Assembly (NCBI GenBank): GCA_964234715.1
Contig: OZ174279.1
DNA: 64,000 nt
From: Podarcis melisellensis
Lineage: Eukaryota
Reading direction: 5' to 3' (one strand)
How positions within the stretch are numbered: position 1 is the stretch's first letter; each line of letters begins with the position of its first letter. Below are positions 49,918 through 64,000 of this stretch, piece by piece. The position numbers were made by a program, and so were the translations under genes. The notes beneath the pieces were generated by a model. It was given only the letters and a program-made list of their open reading frames with translations, searched no databases and was not told the origin of the DNA.

Positions 49918-50540
49918 AAAATCCCATGGGTGTTGTTGTTGTTTTTTTCATATCAAGAAGCATGCTGGATAAATGCTTAAAGGAAAGTCTAACACCCAGA
50001 AGCACCTCACTGTTATAAAATATAAGCTCAGCCTAACACCCACCAAAATTCTGAAGCAATTGTGTTGGGTGGGGGGGACTCCCTGAGAATGAAGGAGTCG
50101 CTTGCAGGGGAATAAATCTTTTGAAAAATTGGAGGCCAGCTTGTGGCACACTGCTAGTTTATTTGCTAGTTGTCCCCATATATTTTGCACACTGCGACAG
50201 GTGGTTTGGTATCCTCCAGCTGTGGATACTTTAATTAGCGGTCCAGCTCTTCTTTGAGGACCCTGGGAATAGGACTGCTTGAATCGCACAATGGTGTCGA
50301 CAAAGTGGCATGTTTTAAAAGTGGGGATTTTTGTGTTCGTTTTGGCATAATTAACCGTAGCTTCTTGGCTCTTTGCAGTGGCGAAAGTGGTAAGCACGTT
50401 ATTTTGGGCAACGTAAAAGCGTTCCCATTCAAAACAGCAGAATGAGGTCCGTGTAACGTTACTGCACACAGAGGAGAAATGCGAAAGACTGATTGGAACG
50501 TTTGTAGCAAAAAAGCCTGTAATTCTGGGAATAGTTGTGA

Positions 50541-50888
<348 letters not shown>

Positions 50889-51525
50889 TAGAACTGTGAG
50901 TTGACCGTGTCCCTTTTGTCGCTGCTTTTAATGCCACCAATGCCCATGGTAACCAGTAAAACGCATACCTACTGAAAGGTCAACATTTGACGTAGCTGGG
51001 ATATTATCTGGAAGGCTGAACTTTGCAACCCCATAAGGATTCAGGAAGCACATCCGCTCCCTGTTCTGCGCAGAAGAGAACTTTCAAGACTCAGTGGGCT
51101 TTCAGAAGTGTTTTATTGTGTACCGGAGTTGTACACAGTAGGCATGCACAAGCCCTTGAGCGCACTCAAATCAGCTGCCTGGGCAAAGAAGCTAAAGGCA
51201 GGAAATGCAAAAGAGCAAGTAAAGTTACAAGCGAGCTTTATAATAGTCCCAGATCAGCATCAGAGAAGCATAACAAAGAAAAAAACCAAAAGTGTAGGTC
51301 AACGGGTTGAGAACTCATAACTCTCATGGCCAACAGTGAGGGATGATGGGATTGCAGTTCAACAATATCTGGTGGGCGTCAGGTTCTCCAGACCTGGAAA
51401 AAGTGGAAGAGGGGTATCTTGGTGAAGAGACCTTAAACAGATTCCGCACCGCACCACCCCCATCGGTGCAATAAAGACTCACCCTGGAATAGTATTGGAA
51501 CAGGCTTTAAGAAAACCTGTTGGTA

Positions 51526-51745
51526 GTAATCTGGTGAACTGGGTTCGCTTCCCCGCTCCTCCAAATGCAGCTGCTGGGTGACCTTGGGCCAGTCACACTT
51601 CTTTGAAGTCTCTCAGCCCCACTCACCTCACAGAGTGTTTGTTGTGGGGGAGGAAGGGAAAGGAGATTGTTAGCCGCTTTCAGACTCCTTAGGGTAGTAA
51701 TAAAGCAGGATATCAAATCCAAACTCTTCTTCTCTTCTTCTTCTT
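51526..51745 (+). mobile_element. Squam3-like SINE, 5'-truncated, tail abutting the acceptor of exon 51757
   Basis: Aligns along its length to 49707-49917; tail ctcttcttctcttcttcttctt is followed by ttgccccacag|exon. Confidence 0.9.
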
Positions 51746-51756
51746 TTGCCCCACAG

Positions 51757-51820
51757 AGCGAAGGTACGCTTCTAGCAACAGGGTCATACGATGGATTTGC
51801 AAGGATATGGACTAAAGATG
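51757..51820 (+). CDS. TBL1XR1: TBL1XR1 coding exon 6 (human exon 8)
   Basis: ccccacag|AGC; [22 protein letters not shown]; G|gtgagc; 64 nt. Confidence 0.97.
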
Positions 51821-51952
51821 GTGAGCACATGGTTTTTCAGTTGTCTTCTTTTTTCTTTCTTTTGTAATTTTGTGTAATTTTGTTCCAGTGTCCTTTTTTC
51901 TTCTCTTGTGCATAGCATAATTTGTTTCGATCTTTCATTTTCCCATTTTTAG

Positions 51953-52153
<201 letters not shown>

Positions 52154-52998
52154 TAGATTTGAAAACCCAACAGAAAAAAGACAGTAAGGCCATGTGAGAG
52201 CCTGTCTGGGTTTGGAAACAACCATCTTCACTATGCCTTAATATAGCAGGTGACTTATGAGCATTCTTGACAACAAGTGTGGTCTCTTAATACTAGTGGA
52301 AATTGCAGTTCGCTCAAGTATGGTGGGGGCGAACTGTCAAATGGTGAACTTCTGAGAGCAGGTGAACATTCCCAAGGCTGGAGCAGCTTAAGACGAGAGC
52401 AGACAAATATATGGAGAATCTTAGAGAACATTTCCTGCAGTTTATGCATGACGTCCCCTTGGATTTCCCTTTTCTTGCTTACGGGCTCCTTTATGCATTT
52501 TGCAACAGGAAACCCAAATTTGCTATGCTGTGTGCACTCGACAGGGAGCTGCCACTGATCTCCCTGACCCAAGAGGACAAATGTATGTTTCACATTCACA
52601 GGAAGTTTTAAGCAGATGCTTGAAGCATTTAGTCTTATCAGTTGGTTTGAATCACTTAAAAAGCTTTTGACCAGTTGAAAAGGTGCCCTCAATTAACTGG
52701 GCAGCAGGATGATGATAATATTAATAAGAAGAAGTTATTATCACTTACAGCAAAAATAATATGAAATACATTAACTTGGAAAATCCACATCACAAGGCCA
52801 TTATGGGAAATGCTCTGTAGGTAACCCAGTCTGATGTAACTTTGCCAAATCAATGCACTCATGGGATCTCTCTGAAAAGGGCAATCGGGATAGTACTTTT
52901 AAATAAATTAAGGGATCCCTGTGTCGTTTTCTCAGCACAGAAAGGATGGAAAGGGAGCGCATGAGCTTGTTGATTCCAGTTTTGTCGTGGGTAAAATC

Positions 52999-53000
<2 letters not shown>

Positions 53001-53089
<89 letters not shown>
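53001..53089. repeat. (TG)n(AG)n compound microsatellite
   Basis: Seen directly. Confidence 0.95.
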
Positions 53090-53093
<4 letters not shown>

Positions 53094-53553
53094 TCAAACG
53101 GCCAGACGTCATCCTCTTTGCAGGAGCTCTTAATCTTACGAACATGAAGGTTTTCTAGTCATTATATGTCACAGTGAAGGCAAACAAGTTTTGAACCTTG
53201 CACAAAGGAAAGGGAGCTTGTGTTAGATTTAGAGTGGATAAGCAGCTGGTGGAGAAAGGGTTTAGCATGCTCTCTACTTCACATCAACCACCCCTGAAGC
53301 CGCTTTTGGCGCAGAAGGGAGCTGTTGGTGTGCAAATAATGTGTCGGGCACTAAGTGGTTAGCTGAAGGCAGACACTGCAGCCTGCAAATATTTGAAGGG
53401 AGATGAGCTAATTAGGAGATTACAGACGAGTAATATGGATATTAGGAACTGCTTTCTAATAATGCAAACTTGTAAGCTGCACCTGTCTGGTAGATAAACT
53501 TTTGCTTGGGGCATTTTTAAATAGCAAACCTACAAAACATACAATCTGAATAA

Positions 53554-53796
<243 letters not shown>

Positions 53797-54139
53797 TGAT
53801 TAAAATCAAGATTATCCATACCTCTTTTTTTAAAAAAGCACGACTGTGCACAAAATCTCTTTGCTACATTATCAAAAGAAGATATATTTGCACTTTGCAT
53901 TTGAGTTGGTGTGGCTTTTGAAAACCTGCAGATGGAACCACCTTGTTAAATCCCGAGTCTCCGGCATGTCAATTCAGATCTCATCTTCCTCTGGCCTTGC
54001 CCTCTTCCAAAGAGCCATCTGGGCTAATTTTTGTACTCCTCCTCGGTTAAATCTGCATTGTTTACAGATGACACAGTCTCGTCTTGACCCTCGGGTCTCA
54101 GGATCTATTATTTGAGAGTAATGCTTTAAAGTTTCTGCT

Positions 54140-54260
54140 TGACGCAGAACATCTTAATCTTCGGTTCAAGCCCTATGTTGGGCGAAAGATTCCTGCATTG
54201 CAGCGGGTTGGACTGTAGAAGACCTTCGTGGTCCCTTCCAACTCCGTGATTTTATGGTTT
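54140..54260 (+). mobile_element. tRNA(Lys)/CR1-tail SINE, degenerate
   Basis: ggttcaagccc..gttgggcgaaagattcctgcattgcag..ggttggact...ggtcccttccaactc; reverse counterpart of 8585. Confidence 0.65.
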
Positions 54261-54749
54261 TCCAACCTAAAATATCAGTCCTAAGCAGTAGGTTAGGCTG
54301 GGCAATATCTCCCTAAAGATATGTTTCCATTGAGCTTTATGGCTGAGCAGCAATTTGAACCTGGATTTCCCATATCCACGCTGCTTCCTTGTTCCACCAA
54401 GTGCCTTGTGCAGGTGAAATGGGGGCCAAGATGACAGTCCCTTCTGCACTAGCTTTGCATCATCCAAGGCCTGTGGCGTTGGGGAGAGGGGCTGTGATGA
54501 CACACATCCTTTTAAACATCAGAGGCTTCCAGGCATGTGCAAAGAGACCTCTATCCAGAGTCCATTTCATTTCACTTTTAATTTGTTTACCGCCTTTGTA
54601 TATTGCAAGGCCGTTTACAAACTGAAGAAAGAACAAAATGTACAACAAACATCACACATCTTGTAGCAATCCGTTCCCATGCAAATAAGTCATAATAAAA
54701 ATATGACTTTAAATAAACAACTTACATCAAATAATATACAAACAAAACG

Positions 54750-54930
54750 CCTTGAGTGAGTGTTCCGGTTTGCAAACGTTCTTTGGAACCCGAACACCCG
54801 ACGCGGCTTCCGGTTAGCTGCAGACGCTTTCTGCAACCAATTGAAAGCCGCGCCTTGGTTCCCAAAAATTTTGGAAGTCGAACGAACTTCCGGAACAGAT
54901 TCCGTTCGACTTCCAAGGTAACACGGTGTA
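54750..54930. mobile_element. One-ended Tigger-like MITE remnant
   Basis: Reverse-complement similarity to the left half of 23775-24034. Confidence 0.6.
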
Positions 54931-55100
54931 GTATGCAGTAATTTGTTCGAATATAACAGCAGACTTTAAAATGAACTTACAGAATATCAGCAAATAATAA
55001 TTAAGCAGAGATTCACTCTCGACAATTGCAATGAATCATTACTTAAATTATCATCAGTAAAAATGACAGCAAAATTGCAATACATAAAAATACCACAGTA

Positions 55101-55340
55101 CAGTGGTACCTCCGGTTACGAACTTAATCCGTTCCAGAGGTCCGCTCTTAACCCGAAACTGTTCTTAACATGAGGCACGCTTTCACTCATGGGGCCTCCC
55201 ACTGCCGCCGTGCCAAAGGCACGCAACTTCCGCTCACATCCCAGGGCAAAGTTTGCAACCAGGAGCATCTACTTCCGGTTTAGTGGAGCTTGTTACCCGA
55301 AGCGTTCGTAAGGAGGATGGTACATCCCGAGGATCCACTG
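55101..55340. mobile_element. Tigger-like MITE
   Basis: TA|cagtggtacctc ... gaggatccactg|TA. Confidence 0.88.
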
Positions 55341-55432
55341 TATATAAGAACCATACAGAAAGATGAAATTGAGCGAGAAGGGCAAACTCCTCTGAATTTT
55401 ACATTCTGCTCTGCTCTAGGCTGATGCCTTGA

Positions 55433-55651
<219 letters not shown>

Positions 55652-56241
55652 TAAAGCAATGTTCCACTTGTTTAGTATAAGCTGCACATATGGAGCAAAG
55701 TTAAGAGATGTGATCCTGTTGCCGGATGGCTCAGAGCTTTCCTGCTGCTGTGTCACCTCAACCTAGCACCCTGCGTTACTTCCATGAAGGACCTGCACCC
55801 CCAAGCTGCAGTTCCCATAAGATCACAGCGTTTCCCGTCAGTTCATGAGAGATCTGTTCCAGATTCCAGGCATGGATTCTTGGATTGTTTTGAAAGTTGT
55901 CAATACTTTACAGATTCTTACGTTAGCTCAGCCGGTTGTAAGGGGACGCATAGCCTGTGTGTGCCCCATACAGCTTTTGTGTTGACTGTACAATTTGCAT
56001 AGGCAAAGATGGTGCCATGGTGCTGTTATTAAGCTAAGCATCTTTCCTCCAAAGGAGGCCCCATTGAATTAGCAAACCTTTTTGTAAGTGTGCTTTGGAT
56101 GCAATCTGGGTGGTAATGGGCCAAGCCCAATAGAGCCTGCTGTATCCATTGTCCATCTCTGAATAATTTCAAGCCAGACATGTTCCATCAAATTTCAGCA
56201 CTGTTCCTTTTGGATTAATGCTGCTGCCATGTTGTTACTGA

Positions 56242-56427
<186 letters not shown>

Positions 56428-57944
56428 TAATAAACTACTTGTGCTATACTTTTTCAGTCACGTTCTTAGGTGGAGTTTATCGCTATGTATCCAAGAAGGC
56501 TTTAGCCTTCTTTTGACTGGCAATGTTGTTAGTCGTCTTTGGCAAAATGGGACCTGGAGTCTTATAACGCCATCAGAAACATCTTGCTGGACCAGCCCAT
56601 CAAGTCAAATCTCCTTTTGGATGCCCCCATTCTCTTGCTTGTGACAGGAATCGGCCTAAAATCCTAGGCGCTCCATGTCCTGATGAATTGCAGAGTTGCA
56701 GAAATGTATATTTGGAGTGAATACGTCTTGGAAGTAATAAAACATGCAGAATCAAAGGTTCATCAGTAAAAGAGGAATTTTTCACAAAAGGCAAAAAAAC
56801 ACACAGAAGGCAAAACATACACACAAACACAAACAACTTCAGAGAAATCTGCAAACGTTCAAGGTCGAAAATGAAAGTAAGAAAGAATTACCAGTTTGCT
56901 GAGCGCACAAATTTATCTATCTCAGCGTGACCTTGAGATAGCCAAAACATAAAACATAACATTTCCAACCCTTATCAGTAAAAAAAGAAAATAACCTTGT
57001 AGAATGAACTAGTATCTTCCAGCATGTTCCAGTTTCTGCCCTCAAAGACCTTAGTCATGACAGCTTGCTCCCCAATATTGAGTATTGGATGATACTTGGC
57101 CAATAGCCATTGATTAGCCTGTCCTCATGAATTTGCTCCTAAAGCCACCTTTGCTAATCCCAATCCCAGCATGTTGAGGCTTTGTTACGTGTTCAGAGAC
57201 TTGATCTAGTGTTGCTGGAATACCTTCCTTTTCCTTGCGCTACCTCAACTTGTCAGTCAATTTAATTTACTTGCTTCATCTTCCTGACTTTAAAAAGCAC
57301 TTGGTGTGGCTATCAGCTCGTATTAGCCCCTTGTTTCGCTTGTTTTAGCGTAACATATTTCCCCAGGTTGGCATCCGACTAAATTTTACTGGGCGTGCAC
57401 TCAGTGAAATGGATGGACCTAACTTGTTGACGTTCATTAATTGCAGTGGATCTATTCTGAGTAAAACTTAGTTAAATACCACCCTGGTGTCTTTGTTGAG
57501 CGGCTGCCTTTTAGAACACAGGACAGGAATTGCCGCTGTTCCAGAGGATTATAGTCTACAACAAAAGGAACAGGAAGCTGGGTCTACAGAGTCAGACCAT
57601 TGGTTCATTTAGTTCAGTATCGTCCAGGACTAGCCAATACGGTTCCCTTTACATAAACCCAGCTGCAGTTCCGCAGGTTTTTAGAGAGGGATACCCTGCA
57701 GCGTTTTTAACCACACACTGGAATTTATTTGTTTGTTTGGTTTGGTTTCCGTCCTATGAAAGCACATTCAGCCCCTAGACATGTGAAGTTTAGCAATTTT
57801 ATGATACTATGTTGAGATTCCTGCATCGCAGGGGGTTGGACGAGATCACCCTCAGAGTCCTTTCTAAATCCACACTTCCATAGAGAACATCTGAGTTCAC
57901 TGCAAATGGGAGGCCGCCTCCGTGAAGCAGCTCTCCACACATTT

Positions 57945-58279
57945 TTTTGCGTTTTAGGCTGGCCTCAACTAGAGCCAGGGTTTTTTCCGGCTGTGGCTCC
58001 GATCTGGTGGAACGCTCTGTCACAAGAGACTAGGGCCCTGCGGGACTTGACATCTTTCCGCAGGGCCTGCAAGACAGAGCTGTTCCACCAGGCCTTTGGC
58101 TGAGGCACAGCCTGACCCCCTCCTTTGGCAATCCTCACAGAGCTCTAGCCCAATGGTTGCCATTAATCTGATTTGAATTAATTTTATAATGAAATGATTT
58201 TAGAATGTTTTATCATTCTACTGTTGTTAGCCGCTCTGAGCCCGGCTTCAGCTGGGGAGGGCGGGATATAAATAAAATT

Positions 58280-58329
<50 letters not shown>
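57945..58329 (+). mobile_element. L2-clade LINE 3' end with (ATT)n tail
   Basis: FFPAVAPIWWNALSQETRALRDLTSFRRACKTELFHQAFG; terminal gttagccgctctgag..gggatataaataaa. Confidence 0.85.
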
Positions 58330-58469
58330 TTCTTCCAATGCTTCGCGGCGAGCCTCCTTTAGCGTTGCATGCAGTGGAAATTGCCACAGCGGTGCGCAGG
58401 ACGAATTGCAGAACGGTGACCGAGCGCCTGCAAATGCAGTGCTGAGTTCACATAAGAATTGGGCTCGAA

Positions 58470-58569
58470 TACCAAATTACACACAAATACCAAATTACCA
58501 AATTTGGTATTTGTGTTTTTTGTTCTTTTTTCTTGTTGTATAAATAAAAAACTTTATTTTTTTTAAAAA
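58470..58569 (+). mobile_element. ~100-bp retroposed 3' tip (L1-like) with inverted filler at its 5' junction
   Basis: 16-bp TSD aagaattgggctcgaa (58454-58469) / aagaattgggcttgaa (58570-58585); T-rich body, AATAAA, A-tail. Confidence 0.75.
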
Positions 58570-58722
58570 AAGAATTGGGCTTGAAAACCCCCGGAGTAAA
58601 GTGTCTTCATTTGCACTGTGTGTTTCTTTGCTTTGGCGCAAGGGAGAGGGTTGCGATATTTGCCGGGAAACCCTTTGCACAGAAAGTTGATACGCTCTTT
58701 CTCCTCTCTTGACCTCTCTTAG

Positions 58723-58851
<129 letters not shown>

Positions 58852-59269
58852 TAAAATTGTCTGGGGGAGAGAGCAGCTATGCTAAGACATCAAAATCCAT
58901 CCTCGGCACATGAAGGGTTAAACTGTGGGGACTCCCCCAATGCGAGGGGGGATAATCGGGGTCCACAGATTGATGGGCCTCCCTCTCACAGGGAGGTCTC
59001 AAACCATGCTCAATTGAACACCTTAAAATATACACACCTCTTCAGATCTTCCCACCAATTGCAGAAAGATCTGAAGAGCTGCCCAGGCAGTTTTGGACGG
59101 GGCTTGTGTGTGCACCCCTCCTTGTTCCCATTTCAACGCTTTGCATGTTCTAAGATGCCTGCTATTATGCTCATTTGTGTATTTGAGCATGTGCTCGTCA
59201 CTCTCCTTTGGAGGGCAAACAGAGCCAGCTACAAGTGCCTCATCCTATTTCGAAGGTCAAGTCTGCACT

Positions 59270-59460
59270 GAACGTTTAAAGCCCATGACTTCCTCTCACC
59301 CCAAAGAATCATGGGAACTGTAGCTTATCCCTCATAGAGCTGCAGTACAGTACAGGCTGAGCACAACACATTGTTCCATTTGCTGCTGTTCCCGGCTTCC
59401 TTAACCAAACGGGGTTCTCAGGGTTCTTTGGGTGAAGCCATGCACTTTAAACGTATATTG
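59270..59460. mobile_element. Old palindromic MITE interrupted by a foreign ~40-bp insert
   Basis: cgtttaaag..catg.cttc...ccaaagaa / ttctttgg..gaagccatg..ctttaaacg inverted arms. Confidence 0.65.
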
Positions 59461-59560
59461 GGGATGTGGCCGAATTCAGGAGTGCCCCAGGGTGATAATG
59501 TCCCAGGCCTTTTCTTGGAATACTGCTTGTTTTGCAGAACGCTGCAATTCTCGCAACCTA

Positions 59561-59836
59561 CCGTAGATTCCGGCGTATAAGACGACATTTAAACGGTGGA
59601 AAATCCTCTAAAAAGTTGGGGGTCGTCTTATACACCGGGTATGAGTTCGCTGGGCAGCGGCAGTGGGCAGCGGGCTCCACGCCGGGAGAAAGCCGCCCAG
59701 CAAAGCTGCCCAGCAATGCTAAGCCGGCTTCGCTGGGCAGCTTCCTCCCAGCAAAGCTGCTGCATATAAGACTGGGCATATAAGTTGACCCCCTCAAATT
59801 GGCAGCTGCTGGCACCTAATATGCCGGAATCTACGG
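59561..59836. mobile_element. Tc2/pogo-like MITE
   Basis: TA|ccgtagattccggcgtat ... atatgccggaatctacgg|TA. Confidence 0.9.
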
Positions 59837-60148
59837 TAGGTAAGTGCCAACTAGCCCGAGGAAATCCAGATATGGATGTTTAATCATAATGAAACAGGTC
59901 GTTATAATAATGAAGCTAAAGTCTATATACAGTTACGATTGTAGGGTCCAAGGGGGTTCTTACAGGGGGGGCAGGTGCCTACACAGCCCTGATTATGAAA
60001 GATCAGCCCTTTTAATGCACTTTTTCTGCTGCACTCCCCTAATTCTTTTGCTTTTCTTCCTCCACCCTTAATTCCCCCCGGTGTATGGTTTTGTTTTTTA
60101 AAGAAAGAAAGCATAGGTAAATGCATTCGAAAGTCAATATTGAAATGA

Positions 60149-60397
<249 letters not shown>

Positions 60398-60478
60398 TAA
60401 ATTCCTTTCTTTCTTAGGGTTCTTGCCCCACACTCCTCAATCGGATTTGCCAGGGTAGCTTTTAATATCGGGGCTAAG

Positions 60479-60510
<32 letters not shown>
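60479..60510. repeat. (TGA)n microsatellite
   Basis: Seen directly. Confidence 0.95.
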
Positions 60511-61396
60511 CCTTTCAGGATGTTTGGGGTCTTTTCTTTGCTTCTACAATGGCAACACTTGGTGATAGAGAACGTGGCCCTTTATTGCTGTTGAACCTCC
60601 CAGCAGTAGTCCTCACCCTTCATGTCCAGCATGCCTCTTGAATGCCAGGGGAACCTTGAGCCTTTTGTTTTCTTTCTCTCAGCCATTCGTCTCCTTTGCA
60701 CCAAGGATTTCCCCAATGTTTATGAGAGAGAGAGCGTATGTTGCCAAGCACAGGGCTCCCATTGAAATGCAATACGCAGTTGTGATTTCTGCCCTAAGAG
60801 GGTCTGAACAAACAGGGTTATCTAAGGAGGGGAACATCAAAAGCAAGAGTTGGCTCTTCCGCAAGCTATATCGTTGGCACAGAAATGGCTTTTTAAGGTG
60901 AACGGATAGGTTCATAAAATGGGCTCCTGCGTGCCAGTCAGACCCTCCCTGGTCACAAATACAGTCTCAGAAGACTAGTTCCCATGTAACTTTTCCCTTG
61001 CTTTTAAAAGTCTCTATTAGCACAGTGTTATTTCAGAAGTGACCCTGCGAAAGAGGCATTTTTAAAAGGAACCAGAAGGGTTTGCATTGTGCATATGCTC
61101 CCCCCGGGTCTATGCGTATTGATATTCTGCTAGCTGGACTATAATAGTGTCTGGCAGCCCCCAAAATCATTTTATAAGTCCTGCTTAAGCAGAATGTTGT
61201 GGCTTGTTAAGAGAGGGCATATAGAATCCTTTGAGCTCAACTGCACCGGTTTCCAATTTGTTTCTGGGCTAAGTTCAGAAGCACTAAACAGGCTGAACAC
61301 AACACATTGTTCCATTTGTTTGTCCCCTTCCTTGTGACCAGCAGTGACTTCCTGCTCTAGAACATGGCACTTGCAAATGGAAGGGACCTCGTAGAG

Positions 61397-61953
<557 letters not shown>

Positions 61954-62472
61954 TAAAACAAGCCAGAAGACCCATTGCTGTGTGACGAGCTAGGTGGGAC
62001 TACAACTTAATGCAGCACTTCATGAAACCAGTAAATGAAAAAGTAAGCATTTGTTGGAGCATCTCCTTAGGTAGTCAGTGAAGTGTTGCCAAGCTTAGAC
62101 CAACTCCAACCATCCAGGTTGGCCATTTGACCCTCCCAAACAGGAAATACAATTTTCCTGTTTGAGTGGAGACAGTGACAGGTCTTCCTGCTTGCCCTCT
62201 AGTTTCCTGTGATCCTGTGTTTTCTGACAGCCCCCAAATACGGTCCAGTTACTCTGCCCCCACCTCACCCTGCTTCTTACAGGGACAAGCAAATTGCCAC
62301 GCCTATTCAGATCTGACACAGAGATTTCAAATGTTATTGTTTGCAACCAAGGCGCTACCGCAAAACAAGAATTTCCCATCATTCTTTTGAGATTCTCATG
62401 ACTGCATGCAAATATGGGGAAGAAGCGGGTAAAATGGAGTAAAATGGACTACAGAAGAAATTATTCGTCCAT

Positions 62473-62925
62473 GAATAATAAATAATAATAATTTTTTATT
62501 TATACCCTGCCCTCCCCAGCCAAGACCGGGCTCAGGGCGGCTAACAACCAATAATAAAAACAAGTTGATTAAAATATAAATTTAAAAGCTTAAGATACAA
62601 CATTAAAACATTAGGGTACAGTCTCTTCATAGGAGGAGAAAGGAAAAAGAAAGAGGGGGAGGGAATCAAACTGATTCTAAGCCAAAGGCCAAAGGCCAGG
62701 TGGAACAACGCTATCTTACTGGCCCTGCGGAAAGAGATCAGATCCCGCAGGGCCCTGGTCTCACGAGACAGATCATTCCACCAGGCCGGAGCCAGTGTTG
62801 AGAAGCCCCTGTCTCTGGTTGAGGCTAATCTAACTTCCTTAGGGCCCGGGACCTCTAGGGTGTTGCTATTTATGGACCTTAAGGTCCTCCACGGGGCATA
62901 CCAGGAGAGGCGGTCCCATAGGCAT
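62473..62925 (-). mobile_element. L2-clade LINE 3' end
   Basis: DRLSWYAPWRTLRSINSNTLEVPGPKEVRLASTR..FSTLAPAWWN; same family as 2450-2976. Confidence 0.88.
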
Positions 62926-63560
62926 GAGGAACATGGAACAAGAGAAGACTTTTTCTGTTTTGTTTTGTTTTTTAAAAAAGCAAAACGCTCAGGTTCACTA
63001 CCAACATCCATTTAACTCAGCAGTGTGTACAGCAAGGAAGACCGGCAACAAAATGCTGCAGCGCTCAAGCTCAGGGTGCCAGCCATGCCCTTTTCTAAGG
63101 CACACCATCCCATTCCCCCTCCAAGCTTTCCTTTTTCCTACCAAAAGACACTTAGCATTCTGTGGGCACTGAGTATGCCCAGTCCTCTTTGGGGCTCAGG
63201 TTTTTTGGGGCGCCCCTTTTTTGCCCCCCTCCCAAAGGCCTTTTAGTATTTCTGGAAACTTTGGGGCTCTTGTAAGAGTCCTGTTTGCCGCCACCTTGGG
63301 CTGTACCCGGAGCTCCCTGTCCGCTAGTTCAAGGACTCTTCTGCCAGCAGACGGGCAACTTTTGATGTTGTTCAGCAGAGGATGCAAATGCAACTGTTTT
63401 GCGTGAAGCTCACCATGCAATGGGTCGTGCATACAGCATTATTCCTAGCAAGCTACTTCTATGTTCCCTTGTGCAGCATCATTCAGCAGGCAGATAACAT
63501 TTAGCCATCAGAACAAAAGAATACTGCTGAGTGACTTTAACCTAGCGCTACATTAGAGGC

Positions 63561-63904
63561 GGGTGGTGCTGTGGGTTAAACCACTGAGCCTAGGACTTGC
63601 CGATCAGAAGGTCGGCAGTTCAAATCCCCGCGACGGGGTGAGCTTCCGTTTCTCGGTCCCTGCTCCTGCCAACCTAGCAGTTCGAAAGCACATCAGAGTG
63701 CAAGCAGATAAATAGGTACCGCTCCAGCGGGAAGGTAAACGGCATTTCCATGCGCTGCTCTGGTTCACCAGAAGCAGCTTAGTCATGCTGGCCACATGAC
63801 CCGGAAGCTGTACGCCGGCTCCCTCGGCCAATAAAGTGAGATGAGCGCCACAACCCCAGAGTTGGTCACGACTGGACCCTAATGGTCAGGGGTCCCTTTA
63901 CCTT
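63561..63904 (+). mobile_element. Sauria SINE, near full length
   Basis: 12-bp TSD tacattagaggc (63549-63560 / 63905-63916); (ACCTTT) tail. Confidence 0.93.
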
Positions 63905-64000
63905 TACATTAGAGGCAGCCCTTTGTTTATCAGCTGTCAACGCTCAGTATCAGTGCTTGCTAATAGCGGGAGGGAGTACACATAGGCCCAGGGCAAAAAC

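Overview
Eukaryotic (vertebrate) genomic DNA. The repeat set (Sauria/Squam1 SINE, Squam3-like SINE with CTT tail, Bov-B, L2, L1, many TA-flanked and 8-bp-TSD MITEs) points to a squamate, most likely a lacertid lizard. The window lies within one + strand gene, TBL1XR1 (LisH + WD40 subunit of the NCoR/SMRT-HDAC3 corepressor). I traced 13 consecutive GT-AG coding exons by eye (34246-61890). They join in frame to 1515 nt / 505 codons. The promoter, earlier 5'UTR exons and the last exon (expected VCVLDLRK*) were not found and probably lie outside the window. Bases 1-34200 are taken to be a long, TE-rich 5' intron. Nearly all other ORF-track entries are spurious or TE fragments. No convincing new gene system was found. 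The most unusual observations are: (i) three short same-orientation dispersed duplications whose partner lies 1.6-2.0 kb downstream, looking like templated DNA-repair insertions; (ii) a SINE tail supplying almost the whole polypyrimidine tract of a coding exon; (iii) a (CT)28 microsatellite between the branch point and acceptor of another exon; (iv) MITE families carrying NRF1/ETS/CRE and ZNF143-type motifs; (v) a Met-Val-stop uORF just before the start codon. TE family names and human comparisons come from memory, not database searches. Exon numbers follow the recalled human structure.
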